In this document: positions 39,640-53,805 of the stretch, one piece after another
Layout of the letters: each line of letters begins with the position of its first letter
Position numbering within the stretch: the stretch's first letter is position 1
DNA from: Chiloscyllium plagiosum
Taxonomy: Eukaryota
DNA: 64,000 nucleotides
Direction: 5' to 3'
Assembly: GCF_004010195.1 (NCBI RefSeq)
Contig: NC_057720.1
Location: 18,076,425 to 18,140,424, forward strand
The notes under the pieces: generated by a model
Databases searched by the model: none
Told to the model about the DNA's origin: nothing
What the model saw: only the letters and a program-made list of their open reading frames with translations
Program-made: the position numbers and the translations under genes

Positions 39640-42530
39640 TCCAGTACACAGGAGGATGAGTGTAGGAAGGACGTGGACAGGATTTCATGGTCACAGCAAT
39701 GTGCTGGCAGACAGCAAGCTGGTTTGAAGTTTGTCTACTTCAATGCCAGGAGTATGTGGAATAAGGTAGTTGAGCTTGCAGCATGGATAGGTATTTGGAA
39801 CTTCGATGTTGTGGCCATTTTGGAGGCATGGATAGAGCAGGGTCAGTAATGGATATTGCAGTTCTAGGATTTAGATCTTTCATTAAGAGCAAGGAAGGCG
39901 GTAAAATAGGGGAGGTGTGGCTTTGTTAGTCAAGGATGGTATAACGGTGGTTGAAAGAACTTTTGACGAGGACTTATCTGCAGAGGTGTTATGGGCTGAG
40001 GTTACAATCATGAGGAGAGGTCACACTGCTGGGAGTTTTTTTTAAATGGGCCTCCACAAAGTTCCAGGCATGTAGAGAAGAGGATTAGCAAATCGATTCT
40101 GGGCAGAAGTGAAAGGAACATGGTGGTCATTATGGGGGACTTTAACTTCCCCAACATTGACTGGAAATGCTATAACTCTAGGACAGCGGATGGATCAGCT
40201 TTTGTCAAAAATGTGCAGGAGGGTTTCCTGACAGAGTATGTCGAAGGGCCGACAAGAGGCGAGGCCACACTGGTAATGATTTAGCGATAGGTGAGCACTT
40301 TGGAGAGAGTGACCATAATTCAGTTATGTTTAGTGAAGCAATGGAAAGGGATAGGTACATGCCACAGGGCAAGAGTTATAGATGGGGGGAAACAGCAATT
40401 ATAATGCGATTAGGCAAGACTGAGGATCCATAGAATGGGGTAGGAAAATGCAGGGATGGGGACAATCAAAATGTGGAGCTGGTTTAAGGAACAGATATTG
40501 TGTGTCCTTGATAGGTGTGTCCCCGTCAGGTAGGCAGGAAGTGACAATGTAAGGGAACCGTTGTTTACTACAGAAATTGTATCTCTTTTTAAGTAGAATA
40601 CGGAGGTTTATGTGACATTAAAGTGAGATGGTTCAGATGAGGCATTAGAGAGTTACAGAGTAGCTAGGAAGGATTTAAAGTCAGAGTTAAGAAGAGCAAA
40701 GAGAGGACATAAACAATCTTTAGCACGTAGAATAAAGGAGAACCCTAAAGCTTTCTATAGATACGTGAGGAATAAAAGGATGATTGGGTTGGAATAGGAC
40801 CTGTCAAAGACAGAAGTGGGAGGTTGTGTGTGGACCCTGTGGAGATCGGTGAGGTGCTAATCGAATATCTCTCATCTGTTTTCACTCAGGAAAAGGAGAA
40901 TATTGTAGAGGAGAAGACTGAAATACGGGCTATTAGACTTGAAAGGATTGAGGTTAGTAAGGAGGAGATGTTATCAATTCTAAGTGGTGTGAAATTAGGT
41001 GGGCCGGATGGGATTTTTCTGAGAATTCTCTGAAAAGCTAGGGAGATGATGTTGGAGCCTTTGGTTTTGATCTTTGAGTTGTCATTGTCTTCAGGTTTAG
41101 TAGCAGAGGACTGGAGGGTTGCAAATGTTGTGCCCTTGTTCAATAAGGGCAGTAGAGATGATCCAAGTAATTATAGACCAGTGAGCCTTATGTCTGTTGT
41201 AAGAAAAGTTTTGGAAAGGATTATAACAGATATGATTTATGATCATCTAGCAAGCAACACTTTGATTGGAAATAGTCAACATGGAATTGTGAAGGGCAGG
41301 TCGTGTCTCACAAATCTCATTGAGTTTTTTTGAGAAGGTGACCAAGCATGTGGATGAGGGTAGGACAGTTACTATGTTGCACATGGACCTCAGTAAAGCC
41401 TTTGATGAGGTTCCACATTGGAGAAAATGCGGAGACACGGGATTGAAGGTGATTTAGCAGTTTGGATTAGAAACTGGCTTTCAATAAGTAGGTAACGAGT
41501 CGTGGTTGATGGAAAATATTTAGCCTGGAGTCCAGTTACTAGTGGTACGCCACAAGGATTTGTTTTGGATCCATTGCGGTTTGTCATTTTTATAAACAAC
41601 TTGGATGCAGATATAGGTGGATGGGTTAGTAAGTTTGCAGATGATACACTAAAGTCGGTGGAGTGGTGGACAGTGTGGAAGAATATTACAGGTTGCAGGG
41701 AGACTTGGATAACTGCAGAGTTGGACTGAAAGGTGGAAAATGGAGTTCAATGCAGACAAATGCGAGGTGATTCACCTTTGGAAACAATAACATGAAGGCA
41801 GAATACTGGGACAATGGAAAAATTCTTGGTCGTGTGGATGTGCAGAGGAATCTTGGTGTCCGTGTACACAGATCACTTAAAGTTGCCACCCAGGTTGATA
41901 GGGCTGTTAAGAAGGCATACAGTGTGTTTGGTTTTATTGGTAGAGGGATTGAGTTCCGGAGCCGTAATGTCATGCTTCAACTATACAAAACGCTCAGTGC
42001 AGCCTCACTTGGAGTACTGTGTGCAGTTCTGGTCACCCCATTACAGGAAGGTTGTGGAAGCATTGAAAAAGGTGCAGAGGAGATCTACCAGGATGTTGCA
42101 TGGTCTAGAGGGAAAGTCTTATGAGGAAAGGCTGAGGGATTTGGGTCTGTTCTCATTGGATGAGGAAGGCTAAGAGGGGATTTAATAGAGACTACAAGAT
42201 GATCAGAGGATTAGTTAGGGTGGACAGTGAGAGTCTTCTTCCTAAGATAATGACATTTGCTCGTATGAGGGGGCACAGCGGCAAATTGAGGGGTGATAGA
42301 TTTAAGACAGACGTCAGAGGCAGGTTCTTTACTCAGAGTGGTAAGGGGATGGAATGCCCTGCCAGCCAATGTAATTAGTCAACTTAGCCACATTAGGGGC
42401 ATTTGAACAGTCCTTGGATAAGCATATGGATGATAATGGGATAGTACAGGGGATGGACTTAGATTAGTTCACAGGTCGGCTCAACATCGAGGACCGAAGA
42501 GCCTGCTCTGCACTGTATTGTTCTATGTTC
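39640..42530 (+). mobile_element. Near full-length CR1 ORF2 (APE endonuclease plus RT) with 3' UTR, decayed
   Basis: LKFVYFNARSMWNKV (APE start), MGDFNFPNIDW, NYRPVSLMSVV, SGTPQGFVLDPL, SKFADDT, HLEYCVQFWSPHYRK; many stops and frameshifts. Confidence 0.95.
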
Positions 42531-43049
42531 ACATTGGAGGGATTCTATGAAAAGGAAATGAACTATGGAAGTTTCAATTTGATGATACTGATCAAATGAT
42601 TTCACTTTTACAAATTCAAGTGAAAATGGAAATGCAAACTCATCCCTTTTTCGTTTAATATGTAAAAAAATTTTTTATATAAAATAATCCAGTTACCTCT
42701 CGCATATTGCGATTTGCATAGTAGTTAGTGGGTCTCCTATGACACTTTTTTCACCACCTTGGGGAGTTCCCCAGTGCTATTTTCTCACTTCTGTCACACT
42801 TTTATACCTTCTTCATAATTCCATTCAGTAATTCCCTTCTGATTTCATACTTTCTATCACAGCTTGAGTCACAAAATATTGACCATTTCTTCCTTGTGTC
42901 AAAGAAAAATCATATCCTCTTTTCATCCCTCAAATACAACCAACAAATAGACAATAGTGACTCCTTCATCTGTTGACACTCTTGGTTTCACTGTCGCCCT
43001 GAATTAAGAATTTCTGCACATTACAACTGGCAAAGGCTAAGTCTCAAGA

Positions 43050-44490
43050 TATTTTCATTCTGTCGGGGCACTGCTGGCTGGCTAATCCAGCACTTATCAC
43101 TCATCATCAAGTGTCCTCAAGAAGGTGGCAGTGAGCTGCCTTCTAAACCACTGCAGAAAAACGTTGTGCAGGGACATCCACAGTGCGGTTAGAAAAGGTG
43201 TTCCGGAATTTTGACACACGACAGTGAAAGGACAGCATTATAGTCCCAAACAGGTTGGTGTTTGGTTTTAAGCAGCACTTGCAGGTGATGGTCTTCCCAT
43301 GCATCTGCTGCTCTGTCCTTTCAGGTGGTGGAGGGCACTGATTTGGAAACGGTTGTTGAAGGGGTTTGGTGAATTGCTGCAATGCATCTTGTAGATGGTA
43401 CACAATATTGTCACTGTGCAATAGCGTGTGTGAGAGAGTGTGTTCAAGATGGTAGATAGATAGCCAATTAATAGGCTGATTTGTCCCAGATAATATCAGT
43501 ATCTTGAAGTTTTTCTTATTCATTCATAGAATGTGGGGGATGTTGGCTTCCCATGTCCATAGTTGCCACTGAGGTGGTGGTGGTGGTGAGCTGCTTTCTT
43601 GAGTCACTGCAGTGCATCTGTTCAGGATTGACCCACAACTCGGGAAGGAATTCCAGAATTTTGATTCAGTGACAGTGAAGGAATGGCTATATATTCCCAA
43701 GTCAGAATGGCGAGTGACTTGGAGGGGAAATTGCAGGTGATGGTAATGTTCCCATATACCGGCTGCCCTTGTCCTTCTAGATTGATGTTGTCATGTGTTT
43801 GGAGAGTGCTGTCTGAGGATCTTTGGTGAATTTCTGTAGCGCCTCTTGTAGATAGTACAAACTACTGCTACCGAGCATCGGTAGTGGAGGGAGTAGATAT
43901 TTGTGGACATGTGCACTGTGTACTGAGTGGTGTCAAGCTTCTTCAGTGTTGCTGGAGCTGCACTCATCCAAGCAAGTGGGGCGTATTCCATTACACTCCT
44001 GACATGTACCTTGTAGACTATAAAGGCTTTGGGAGTCAGGAGGTGAGTTACTCAGTACAGATCCCTCACATCTGGCTTACTCTTGGAGCCACTGTGTTTA
44101 CGTGGTGGGTTCAGTTGAGTTTCCGATCAATGGTAACCCAAACAATGTTGATAATGAGTATTTCAGAGGTGGTAGCACCATTAAATGTTTTTTAAGCTGC
44201 ATTCATCAGACAAGTGGAACATATACCATTACATTGCTGCCATGTTTTATATATGGTGCACCGAGAGTCAGGAGGCAGTTCACTCGCCTCAGAATTCCCA
44301 GTCTTTGACCTACTCGTATAACTGTAACATATGGCTGGTCCAGTTCAGTCTTTTTTCAATTATAATCCATGAATTGTGAGAAATTCAGTGATGGTAATAC
44401 CATTGAATGCCATTTGGAGACAGTTAAATTCATTCTTGTTGGAAATAGTAATTGTCTGGTATTTTTGTCGTACAAATATTACACATTTTG
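43050..44490 (-). mobile_element. Stacked 3' fragments of a CR1/L2-group LINE (possibly Zenon-like)
   Basis: MEYAPLAWMSAAPATLKKLDTTQ; two successive 3' tails starting at about 43050 and 43515. Confidence 0.7.
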
Positions 44491-44509
44491 ACCTTTATTT
44501 GTAGAAAAA

Positions 44510-45450
44510 CAGAAACATAGAAAATTGGAGGTGTAGACCATTTGGACAATTCAATATCCTGTTTCTGCTTTCTCCCCATAATCTTTTGACACCTCTAGCT
44601 CTAAGAATAATTAACTCCTTCTTGAAAACATCTAATATTCTGGCCTCAACTGCATTGTGGCAACAAATTCTACAAGCTCACCACAGAAGAAATTTCTCTC
44701 CATTTCTATCTTAAGTGGCACGCCCCATATCCTTACTCTGTGACCCCTGGTCATCAGGAACGTCCTTCCTGCATTCACTCTATCTAGACCGGTTAGGATT
44801 TTACAGGTTTGGATGAGATCCACTTCATTCTTCTAAACACCAGCGAATATAGTTCTAACCAATCCAATCTCACTTCATTGCTAAGGAATCATCCGAAGAA
44901 CCAGACTAGTAAATAATCCTTCATGACCACAACATTCGTCCTCAGAAGACCAAAACCACACACAATATTCCAGGCGTGGTCTCACTAAGGACTTGTACAA
45001 TTGCAAGATATCCCCACTTCAGTACTCGAATCCTATTGTTACGAAGGCCAATGCAGTATTCGCCTTTCTCAGTGCCTGATGCACCTGCATGCTTACTTCA
45101 GGAACTGGTCTACAAGCACACCTAAGTTTCGTTATATTTCCCTCTTTCCAATCTATCACATAATCTGCCTTTCAGTTTTGCTACCAAAAGGGGATTGCTT
45201 CACATTTATCCTCATTATACTTAATCTGCCATGCATTTGCCCACTCAACTTGTCCAAATCACAATAAAGCACAAATCACACCTCTGCGTCCTCCTCATAG
45301 TTCATCCTACCAGCCAGCTTCACGCCATCTGCAAACTTGAATATATTATATTTTGCTCCTCATCTGAATTACTGAGGTCCAATCACTGATCTCTGATACT
45401 GCACTGGTCACTGGCTGCTGCTCTGAAAGAGACAGGTTCATTCCCCCTCT
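44510..45450 (-). mobile_element. CR1 3' fragment
   Basis: DLIQTCKILTGLDRVNAGRTF; atctgcaaactt (KFAD on the minus strand). Confidence 0.8.
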
Positions 45451-45774
45451 CTCAAAATCCCATAATTATTACAGTACAAAAAGAGACCATTTGGCCTATC
45501 GTGCCTTAACTGGCTCTATTATCTTGTACCAATTTGCTACCTTTTCTCCGCTTCCCTACACACCATTCCTATCCAAAAACCATCGAATGCACCTCTTGAA
45601 TGCTTTAATTGAATCTGCCTCATTCCAGGCATACAATACCCTAAAAACTCACTGCGTGGAAAGAAGATTTTCTCACATTAACCTTGCTTTGTTTGCATGT
45701 CACTAAATCTATGCCCTCTCAAACTTGTTTCTTTTCCAAACAAAACAGCTTCACCCTATTTACTCTGTTTAGCC

Positions 45775-46530
45775 ACTCTTTGTTGCCCGTCTGCCTGGCC
45801 GTTCTTCATCTATGTCAGTATGCTGCCCTGTTCAGATCTTGCTGCACATGGACATGGACTGCGTCAGTATCTGAGGGGTTGGAAATGGTGCTGAATGTTA
45901 TGCAGTTAGTGAACATCCCTACTTCTGGCCTGATATTGAAAGGATAGTCATTAACAGAGCAGGTGAAGGTGGTCAGGCCTAGGACATTACCCTGATGAAC
46001 CTCTCCAGTGATGAATGTGGACTGGGATGATTGACTTCCACAACAACAACCATCTTTCAATTAAAGGATGTGGGCCAAAGACAAGAATATGTACTTAGGC
46101 CGTAGGTTAGCCATGAATTCACTGAGTAGTAGAACAGGCTCAAAAGGCTGATTGGCCTACTCCTGTTCTTGTGTTGTGCTGGCATAATTTGAATGAATAA
46201 GAGTTCTTTCCTAATTCTCACTGACTTCAGTGTTACCAGGGTTCCTTGGTGCCATCAACTGCTGTTTTGATGTCAAGCACAGTCACTTCAACCTGACCTT
46301 TAAAATATTTTCGTCCCTGTTTGGACAAAAGCTGCAATGAGGCCAGTAGTGGAGGGGCCTCACTGAAACAAAACTGAGCATCAGCGAACAAGTTATTGCC
46401 GACTTTAGCAGTCAACAACAGATTCCAAAACTTTGCTGGTGATTAAGAGTAGATCCATGCAGCAGTAATGAGCTGAGTTGCTTTTATGTTGTTTTTGTGA
46501 ACACAATACACCTGGGCAATTGTACACAAC
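45775..46530 (-). mobile_element. Decayed CR1/L2-group LINE RT fragment
   Basis: EVHQGNVLGLTTFTCSVNDYPFNIRPEVGMFTNC and VTVLDIKTAVD. Confidence 0.65.
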
Positions 46531-48486
46531 TGTATTAGAAGGTGCAAGAAGCTCTTTGTCATGTTTAAAATTTAGTGGTTTTCTTGTGCAATGTGTTTAA
46601 CATGATCATGGTGCAGACAGCTATATTCTGGGGTGCAGGACTGTGTGTTAAGGAATGCACTAAAGATTAAGGTAGTCAACTCAAAGGTGCAGGAGGGCAG
46701 TGCTACTGACTAAGCAGTGAAGCTTCGGGATATACCACACTAAGGAGCTGAGAGAACAAATCAGATTGAATTCTTGTCATTGAATCCATATAGTAAATGT
46801 ATTGCAATTGAATTTGGTCAGCTAAGAATGCAAAATATTAATTAATAAAAATTGTATTTAATTGCATTTTCCATAATGTCTAATTGGAAATGTTTGAAAA
46901 GTACTTTTAAATAGGTTATGAATAAAACATATTTTTGCAGAAACCAAATCCATGTGATCAGTTACAGGCCAGCATTGCAGTTCTACTGGAACAACTTGGC
47001 AAGGCACATGGTTACATCTGAAACACAAGTCTTTGGTATCCTTGCCAAACAGTTGTCTGTGCTCATAGCTTTTTGCTTCAGCCAATGTCTTCAGCCAGTT
47101 TCTGGTATCACAAGCAGAGTGAACAGAATTGGCTGGATGCCAGAATCTGATGCTGGTAAGCAGAAAAACGGAGGAGCAAGTGTAGGCCATTTAGCCCCTT
47201 AGGCTTACTCTGCCATTCAATAAGGTCATGATTTATCTGTCCATACTCTCCAATCTTAAAAGCGATCCCATTACATCCCTGATAGAAGATTTTAGCATAT
47301 CCCTACTGCTGATGTCAGGTTAATTGGCCTCTAGTTTCTGGCTTCCCTGCTATTCCCTTTCTTGTATGGTGTGGCTTTGTTTGCTGTCTTGCTTGAACAA
47401 TTTTTGCTTGCAATCTGGGGACTATTCCAAAATGTAGGAAATTCTGCAAGATCAAAACAAGAAGTTACTTCTCGCAGAGGGCCATGATTCTGTGGAATTC
47501 ACAATGCAGAGTGTGGCAGATACTGGGACATTGGGTAAGTTTAAGGAGGAGACAGACAGCTTTGCAATGAGCAATGAGTTGTGGGTTATGGGGAGCAGGC
47601 AGGAAAGTGGTGTTGAGGCCATGATGAGATCAGCCATGATCATATTAAAAGGCAGAGCAGGGCTTGAGGGACTGGATTGCCTACTCCTGGTTCTTAAGCA
47701 TTGATGATCTTTGCGGCTATCTTTTTAATCCGCGACAGAAGCCATTAGTTCACAGAATTTGCTGGTTTTGATCTCACTAATCCCATCAGTACTATTTTGT
47801 TGCTCATACTATTTTCTTTAAGTTCCTCATACTCAAAAGGTTTTTGGTTCCCTTTATCCAGAACATTTTTAGTGTCTTCTCCAAGAAAATAAACAAAGTA
47901 CTTAAAGTTTTTATCATTTCCTTATTTGCCGTTCCATTTTTTTTGTCGCTGTATGAGGTTTTTGAATTTATTTTGGCTAATCTCTTCCTATTAACAATGC
48001 TACAGACATTATTACAAACTGATTTTATGCCTTTGGCTAATTTATTCCTACTCTATTTCCTCAATTAATTTCTTGCAGCCACCACACCCGCCTGACCAGT
48101 TAGCAATGGTGGTCACTTTTCATGTGGTTATTACTCCTCAAAAGGATATTTGCTGCAAATTATGAATTAATTATTTAAGCACTTGCCATTGCTTATCTAC
48201 TACTGTATCTTTGCATCTAATCAGAATATAATACTCATCTATTTCCCTATCATATTAAAAACAAAACAGGTTACTAGATTGGGTAAAAATTCACTTTAAG
48301 GGACTAGGAGTAGAACTTGGGAAAATAAATAGGCAACGATCAGTAAAGGATACAGAAGTGATGTTTAACACAGCGCAGGAAAAATATATTCAGTTGAAAA
48401 GGAAGAAAACGCTAATGGAACTCCATTTATGAGGAAGCAAGTCAGAGAAAAACTGAGGGTTAAGATATAGTTAATACACATACAGT

Positions 48487-49377
48487 TGTTAGAACCCTCA
48501 CTGATCTTTCATTATTTTGTTCTTTTAATTATTTTTGATTTGGAACGGTGAACTGAGTGTTGAAGGCGATTGTTGTACAGTGAACAGCAGCTTGATTTAA
48601 AAAAAACAAGCAAATTGATATTTGCTCACAAGGTTCAGCCTGGAAGTTAATTGCAGATTGTTTCTTGTTATAAAGTGCTCAAAAGATCTTTGATTCCAGA
48701 GTTTGGCTGCTCAAGCAAATAGCAGATGTTGAATGTTAACTGGGACTTTGTGGGAGACGGCCAGTCTATCAAGAAGAAGCCAGAGTTTGCACTAGCTTTT
48801 GAACAGTAATTAAGAAAGAGGGATTGTGCCCGCAAAAGCGAAGTTTGATTGCCCTCTCACTACTCTCTCATCGTCAACTTATTGAAAGTTCAGAGAAGAG
48901 AATCACTGTTATAAGAATTAAACAAATGTTCCTTGGAGCCTACAGGAAGCTATCTGCATGTGTTCACGCCATCAGAAGCCAAGCAAGATATAACCCCAGG
49001 AATTAGAAATATTATAGATTGTGAATGCTGCTCAAGTGAACTGGCCAGTTAGGCCATTTTTTATTCTTTTGATTTATCCCTTAAACTTATTGGTCTACGA
49101 GTATGGGGGCTAGAATTAAACAGGATTGAGTTTATACCTTAGACATTAATTAGATTACTTTGTGGTTTAAATTTGCTCTGCTAAAGCTACTATATTAATA
49201 AATTGTTTAATTTCTTTTACACTATAAACACGTTGCTGGTGTTGGTTATTCAAAAAATCTGGCTAGGAACCACTGCGGTCAATTTTGAGGGTCCTTGAAG
49301 GTTTTAATTTTACTGTGTTGCAAATACACAGATAGCGAAGTTGATTTGATTTGGCTGTTTGTCTCTATGTTGTAACA
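48487..49377. mobile_element. Candidate solo LTR (Gypsy-like) inserted in a very old CR1 (about 48240-50200)
   Basis: Termini TGTTAGAAC...GTTGTAACA (8/9 inverted match). The 4-bp flanks read cagt/cagc and there is an AATAAA near 49197. CR1-like sequence lies on both sides. Confidence 0.55.
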
Positions 49378-52300
49378 CAGCGTAAATGTGAAAAGACTGG
49401 TGGATAAGTCAGGTGGGAACTACAAAAATAAAATGATCAAGGAACAAAGTAGCGAAATATTTTACAAACATGTCAATAATGCAGGATCTGATGGGAAGAT
49501 AATCAACACAGGATAGAAATATAATACAAGTAACAACAGAAATGTCAGAAAAACTAAAAATTATTTTCCTTCTGTATATATTAGAGAACTAGGATGGGTA
49601 GGTATGACAATGAATGATGAAATGAGTAATGAGATTAAGTGCAGTTACTATAAAAAGGGATGCACTGAATAAACTAAACAAACTCAGGATAAACTTCATA
49701 ATCCAAATGGACAACATAAACATATCAGTGCTTTAACAGATTCAGGGAATACATAACAGAGACATTATTACTCTTAGTTAACAACCTGCTTGATAAACGT
49801 ATAGTGCCAAAGGAATGGGGTATGACTAAAGTAATTCTTATATTTAAGGGAAACAAAACACGTCTCGGAAATTATAAAAGTCAGCTTAATATCACTGGTA
49901 GGAAAAGTAATGGAATCTTTCTGAAAGGAGATAATCGAAGAACATCCAGATTTGAGAAAGATGCGAATAAATAATCAATAAAGATTTCACAAGGAAGAAT
50001 CTTGCTTTACCAACTCTATTTAATATTTTGAGAAGCTAACAGAATGTAGATAATAATCATGTAGAAGATGTAATTTATCTGGATTTTCAAAAGATCTTTG
50101 CTAAGATTTGTTAAAATAAACTAACGAACAAGATCAGAGGATGTGTAATCATAGCCAATAATAGAATGGATTGCTAGATGGGAATCAATGGAAGCTATTT
50201 AGAGTGATTCTAAAATCTTTGCACAAAAAGTGTCCAATGTTTATTTACTAGCTGGTCAATATATATGTGAAAAGTTCTGTATAATGTTGTGATTTCTGAA
50301 GCAACCAACTTTTATGAGAACATTATGAAAGATGTAACACTGATTCATTTACAATGTTAGAAAATACTGAAATAATTAAAACTTTGCTTTCAAAAATGTT
50401 GTTAGCTTATTGAATCTCAAGATTCAGTTGTCACCAGATTCTTTTAATTGGAGCACCAATCCACGTACTATATCCTTGCATTTTAACAGCTTTACACAAG
50501 AATTAGAGTTTTTTTTGTGGTTTCAGAATATAGATATGAGTCAATCATTCTTATGACCTACCCATGACCTGAGAAGTAAGAAAAGCAACACTGATTTAAA
50601 TCTATCATTTCTGTAGTTAAGCTCATTCAAGTACTAATGTGGGTGGACCTGTATTTGACATACTGCTTATCAAAATTCTCAACATTTTAAAGTTACACCT
50701 CGGAACAAATCAACGTCAGTGCATAAATCAGATTAAAAATGGACAGTGTTGGGCTAGTATTATTTTTGCATCTGATCACTTGGTCATAGTTTTAATTAGA
50801 AAACAATATGGGCGTGCACCAGTGCCATTTCCTGTGCACTTCCTGTTACCTTTTCACACATAGACTTTACCAATTTTGCCCCTACTTCCATCAAAAAAGA
50901 ATGAAGATGCTTCTCATCTTAGTTTCAAGTTATCAATATAAATCAGCAACATTTCATTGTCTGATTTATCCTCCACATATAAGGGAACAATCCTATCCTG
51001 CATAGTTAAGTTTTGTATCTTGCACAAATTAGGAACAGAATTTGAACTGTCCAGGCAATGGTTTCACCTTTTAAAGCAGATTGTCCGTATATAGCAAAGA
51101 TCTCTTTCTTTCCACAAAACTTCTTACATTTTGTATATCTATACAGCTTAACCAGATATTTGATAAATTAACATAGGCTGCATTGCATGCGCATAGCTTT
51201 CAACAGTGGATCTGTTGATAGTTAGTAAGAGCTCCAAGAAAGATCTGCGACTGTATTGTATTGAATTATCACCATCCATCATTGTTTAGACTCCACAATA
51301 AAAGGTACCACTGGACAATTTACATACCAATGTTCTCGAAATGAACAGCCAAAGGTTCGCTGTTCAAGTACAGTAATGTAATACTTGTTATAAAATTAGG
51401 AATTTTGGGTGGTGAAGTTATTATATATAACTATACAAAGAAAAAGACTGAGCTTCTTAGTTTCACAGTAATGCAAGGAAATCCAGAAAGAAGTAATTGT
51501 GTTTTTCAAGTCAACTCCATTCAGATTCAAGTCTGATTCTTCTGTCATGAAATATGCTCCCACACCATTCTCTTATTTTACAAAATTCTCATTCCATCTC
51601 TGACCCAAACTGAAACATATCCCTATATTTTTTCAACCTTACTTCAACAGACATTGATCTTTTAAGCAAAATGCCTTTAATTTTATTCAATTTACTTGCA
51701 GATGTTTAACATGAACATTTCTGCAGCATGAAAAAATCCTAAAATGATGAATCAATATAACAATTTTTTTTCATTCTCAATCTAAAGTGAATACAGAAAT
51801 TTGTCCAATCTCAAGAACTTCCAAAGCACTGCTCAGACATTTAATATACTTAAACTTTGGGAAACGAATCAGCCAATTTGTACAAACAAGATTGGGATAA
51901 TGACTAGATATTTTTGAAAAGGCTTTGATAAGATGCCACTTGTGAGGATACATTAGCTATGACTAATGTAAAGTGGTCATAGTCTTACTGGACCACAGAC
52001 ATCCTCTGTCATGAGGGAGACTACTGATGGTGGTTTAACCAGAGGTTGCGAAGAAGAGTCTTTCATGGTAACCTCAGCTGATGTGGGAATTGAACCCATG
52101 CTGTTGAACGAGTTGTCCAGTCAACTGATTTCCGCTACAAGCGCTTTGCCAGCCCTAAAGTGTCCTTTTGACTCAAACTGGGCAAGCATCACAGCTTTTA
52201 GACCTTGGATGATAAGCAGTCTCTCTCTCTCTTTATGACGTCCATGAAAATTATATTTTGCCTCCATTTTGAATGGCCCCCTGTAGCATGGTGCTGTGAA

Positions 52301-53320
52301 AGTTTCCTCACCCACATAGGCTGTAAACTGTTCCTGTTTAATAAGGACAAAGACTGTGGATTATATAGTACTGCCCTTAAGTCTTGGTATTACATTCTTA
52401 TCCTTGACCACTAACCAGACCTGTACTTGATTTCGCCAAGTATGTGTGGTTGCCTCCTCAATCAAGCTATGCTGATAATTTTCCACATCCTTATGTGTAC
52501 AATGTCTACAACTCAACAATTTGGAGATGTTTTGCAAGGTACAGACACACCACATATATAGTGGTCCAAGATTACCATGTTCTCCATAAACTCCACATAC
52601 TGTGGCTAAGGCAGACAATTTGAACTGTCATCATTAGCTAGCATTGCACTAATTACTTGTTAATTAAATATTTGTGTATTTAATCAATTTATTAAATCAC
52701 TTAATCCAATATAAATTTAAGTCGATTAAACATTTACCCAAAATTTGTTCCTGACTTGTGCTGACTTCACTTTATAATCTTTCTCCTGCCCTCTCTTCCT
52801 TTGTCTCCTGCTCGGTGAGAAATGCCCTTCTCGTTTCACATTCTCTATTGAATACCTGATCAGGGTTCTGGGTGTTTAACAAAGGTTTGAACACTGAAAA
52901 CATAAAACTAAACAGGTAGTCAAAACTACGTCCAATAATTCAGTGTGCAAAACCACCTATTGTCATATGGAATACAAAAGCCAACAAATTTTCAATTACA
53001 AATGTTTTGCTGTGCTAACTCGGTCTAGACAGCAATGTGTTCATTTTACGCTCAGTACTCCAAAGCTGGGGAAGGAATTAGGATCCAGGAAAGGTTCTAC
53101 TTGTAGCTATCAGCTGCAAACAAGATTGAACTCAAGTTTTGTTACTCTGGAATAGTCAAACAACCTGTCAACGGCAGCAAAACTGTTGTCCTCAGACAAT
53201 TGGTTAAGGTACTGGACAAGTAATGGAAATATAGAAATATAACTGAGTACTCCTAAACAATACATTTAGAGAGAAGAAATTGACAAGAATTTCATCAATG
53301 CTAATTTGTACTTTAAGTAC

Positions 53321-53416
53321 CTGTATCTCCAGGTCAGCAATTTTCTGTTGTAGTTCAACCACGGCTGCTATGCTATCTGCTTCTCGAAGTCTCATCACCA
53401 TCACATCTTCTTTATT
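53321..53416 (-). CDS. EVI5: EVI5 internal coding exon; 96 bp, phase 0-0 (ancestral copy)
   Basis: tcattttAG|AAT...CAG|GTactt. It translates to NKEDVMVMRLREADSIAAVVELQQKIADLEIQ (vertebrate EVI5: NKEEVMAVRLREADSIAAVAEL...ELEIQ). Overlaps ORF 53204..53404. Confidence 0.95.
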
Positions 53417-53639
53417 CTAAAATGATATTAAAACTAATCAACAAGATGGTAAATAATATATCTGTACTCAAATAAAGACAGATTTTCTATTGGATTAAAC
53501 AACTTAACAATAATCATTTTAATAGCAATCTATTGAGAAGGATAACATATTGTGTTTAAACATGCATTCCAAAGTTTACGAAATTGGAATCTCCAAAAAG
53601 AAAATGATCGGGAGAATAAAAGAAGGAACGGAAGATGTT

Positions 53640-53805
53640 ATGCACAAACTGAAATTGCTGCAAAATCTCAGAGGGTCTATCAGCATCTGTAGAGAGAAAT
53701 ATGAGTTTAATGTTTCTTCAGAAGGGTCACTGGACTCAAAATGTTAACTCTGCTTTCTTTCCACAGATACTGCTACATCTGAGTTTCTCCAGCAATTTCT
53801 ATTTT
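53640..53805. mobile_element. Penelope-derived mini-element, inverted arms (relatives at about 10325-10385, 19970-20135, 27693-27775, 54288-54385)
   Basis: gaagggtcactggactcaaaatgttaactctgctttc...tttctccagcaatttct; degenerate CTGANGA/GAAA cores. Confidence 0.6.
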
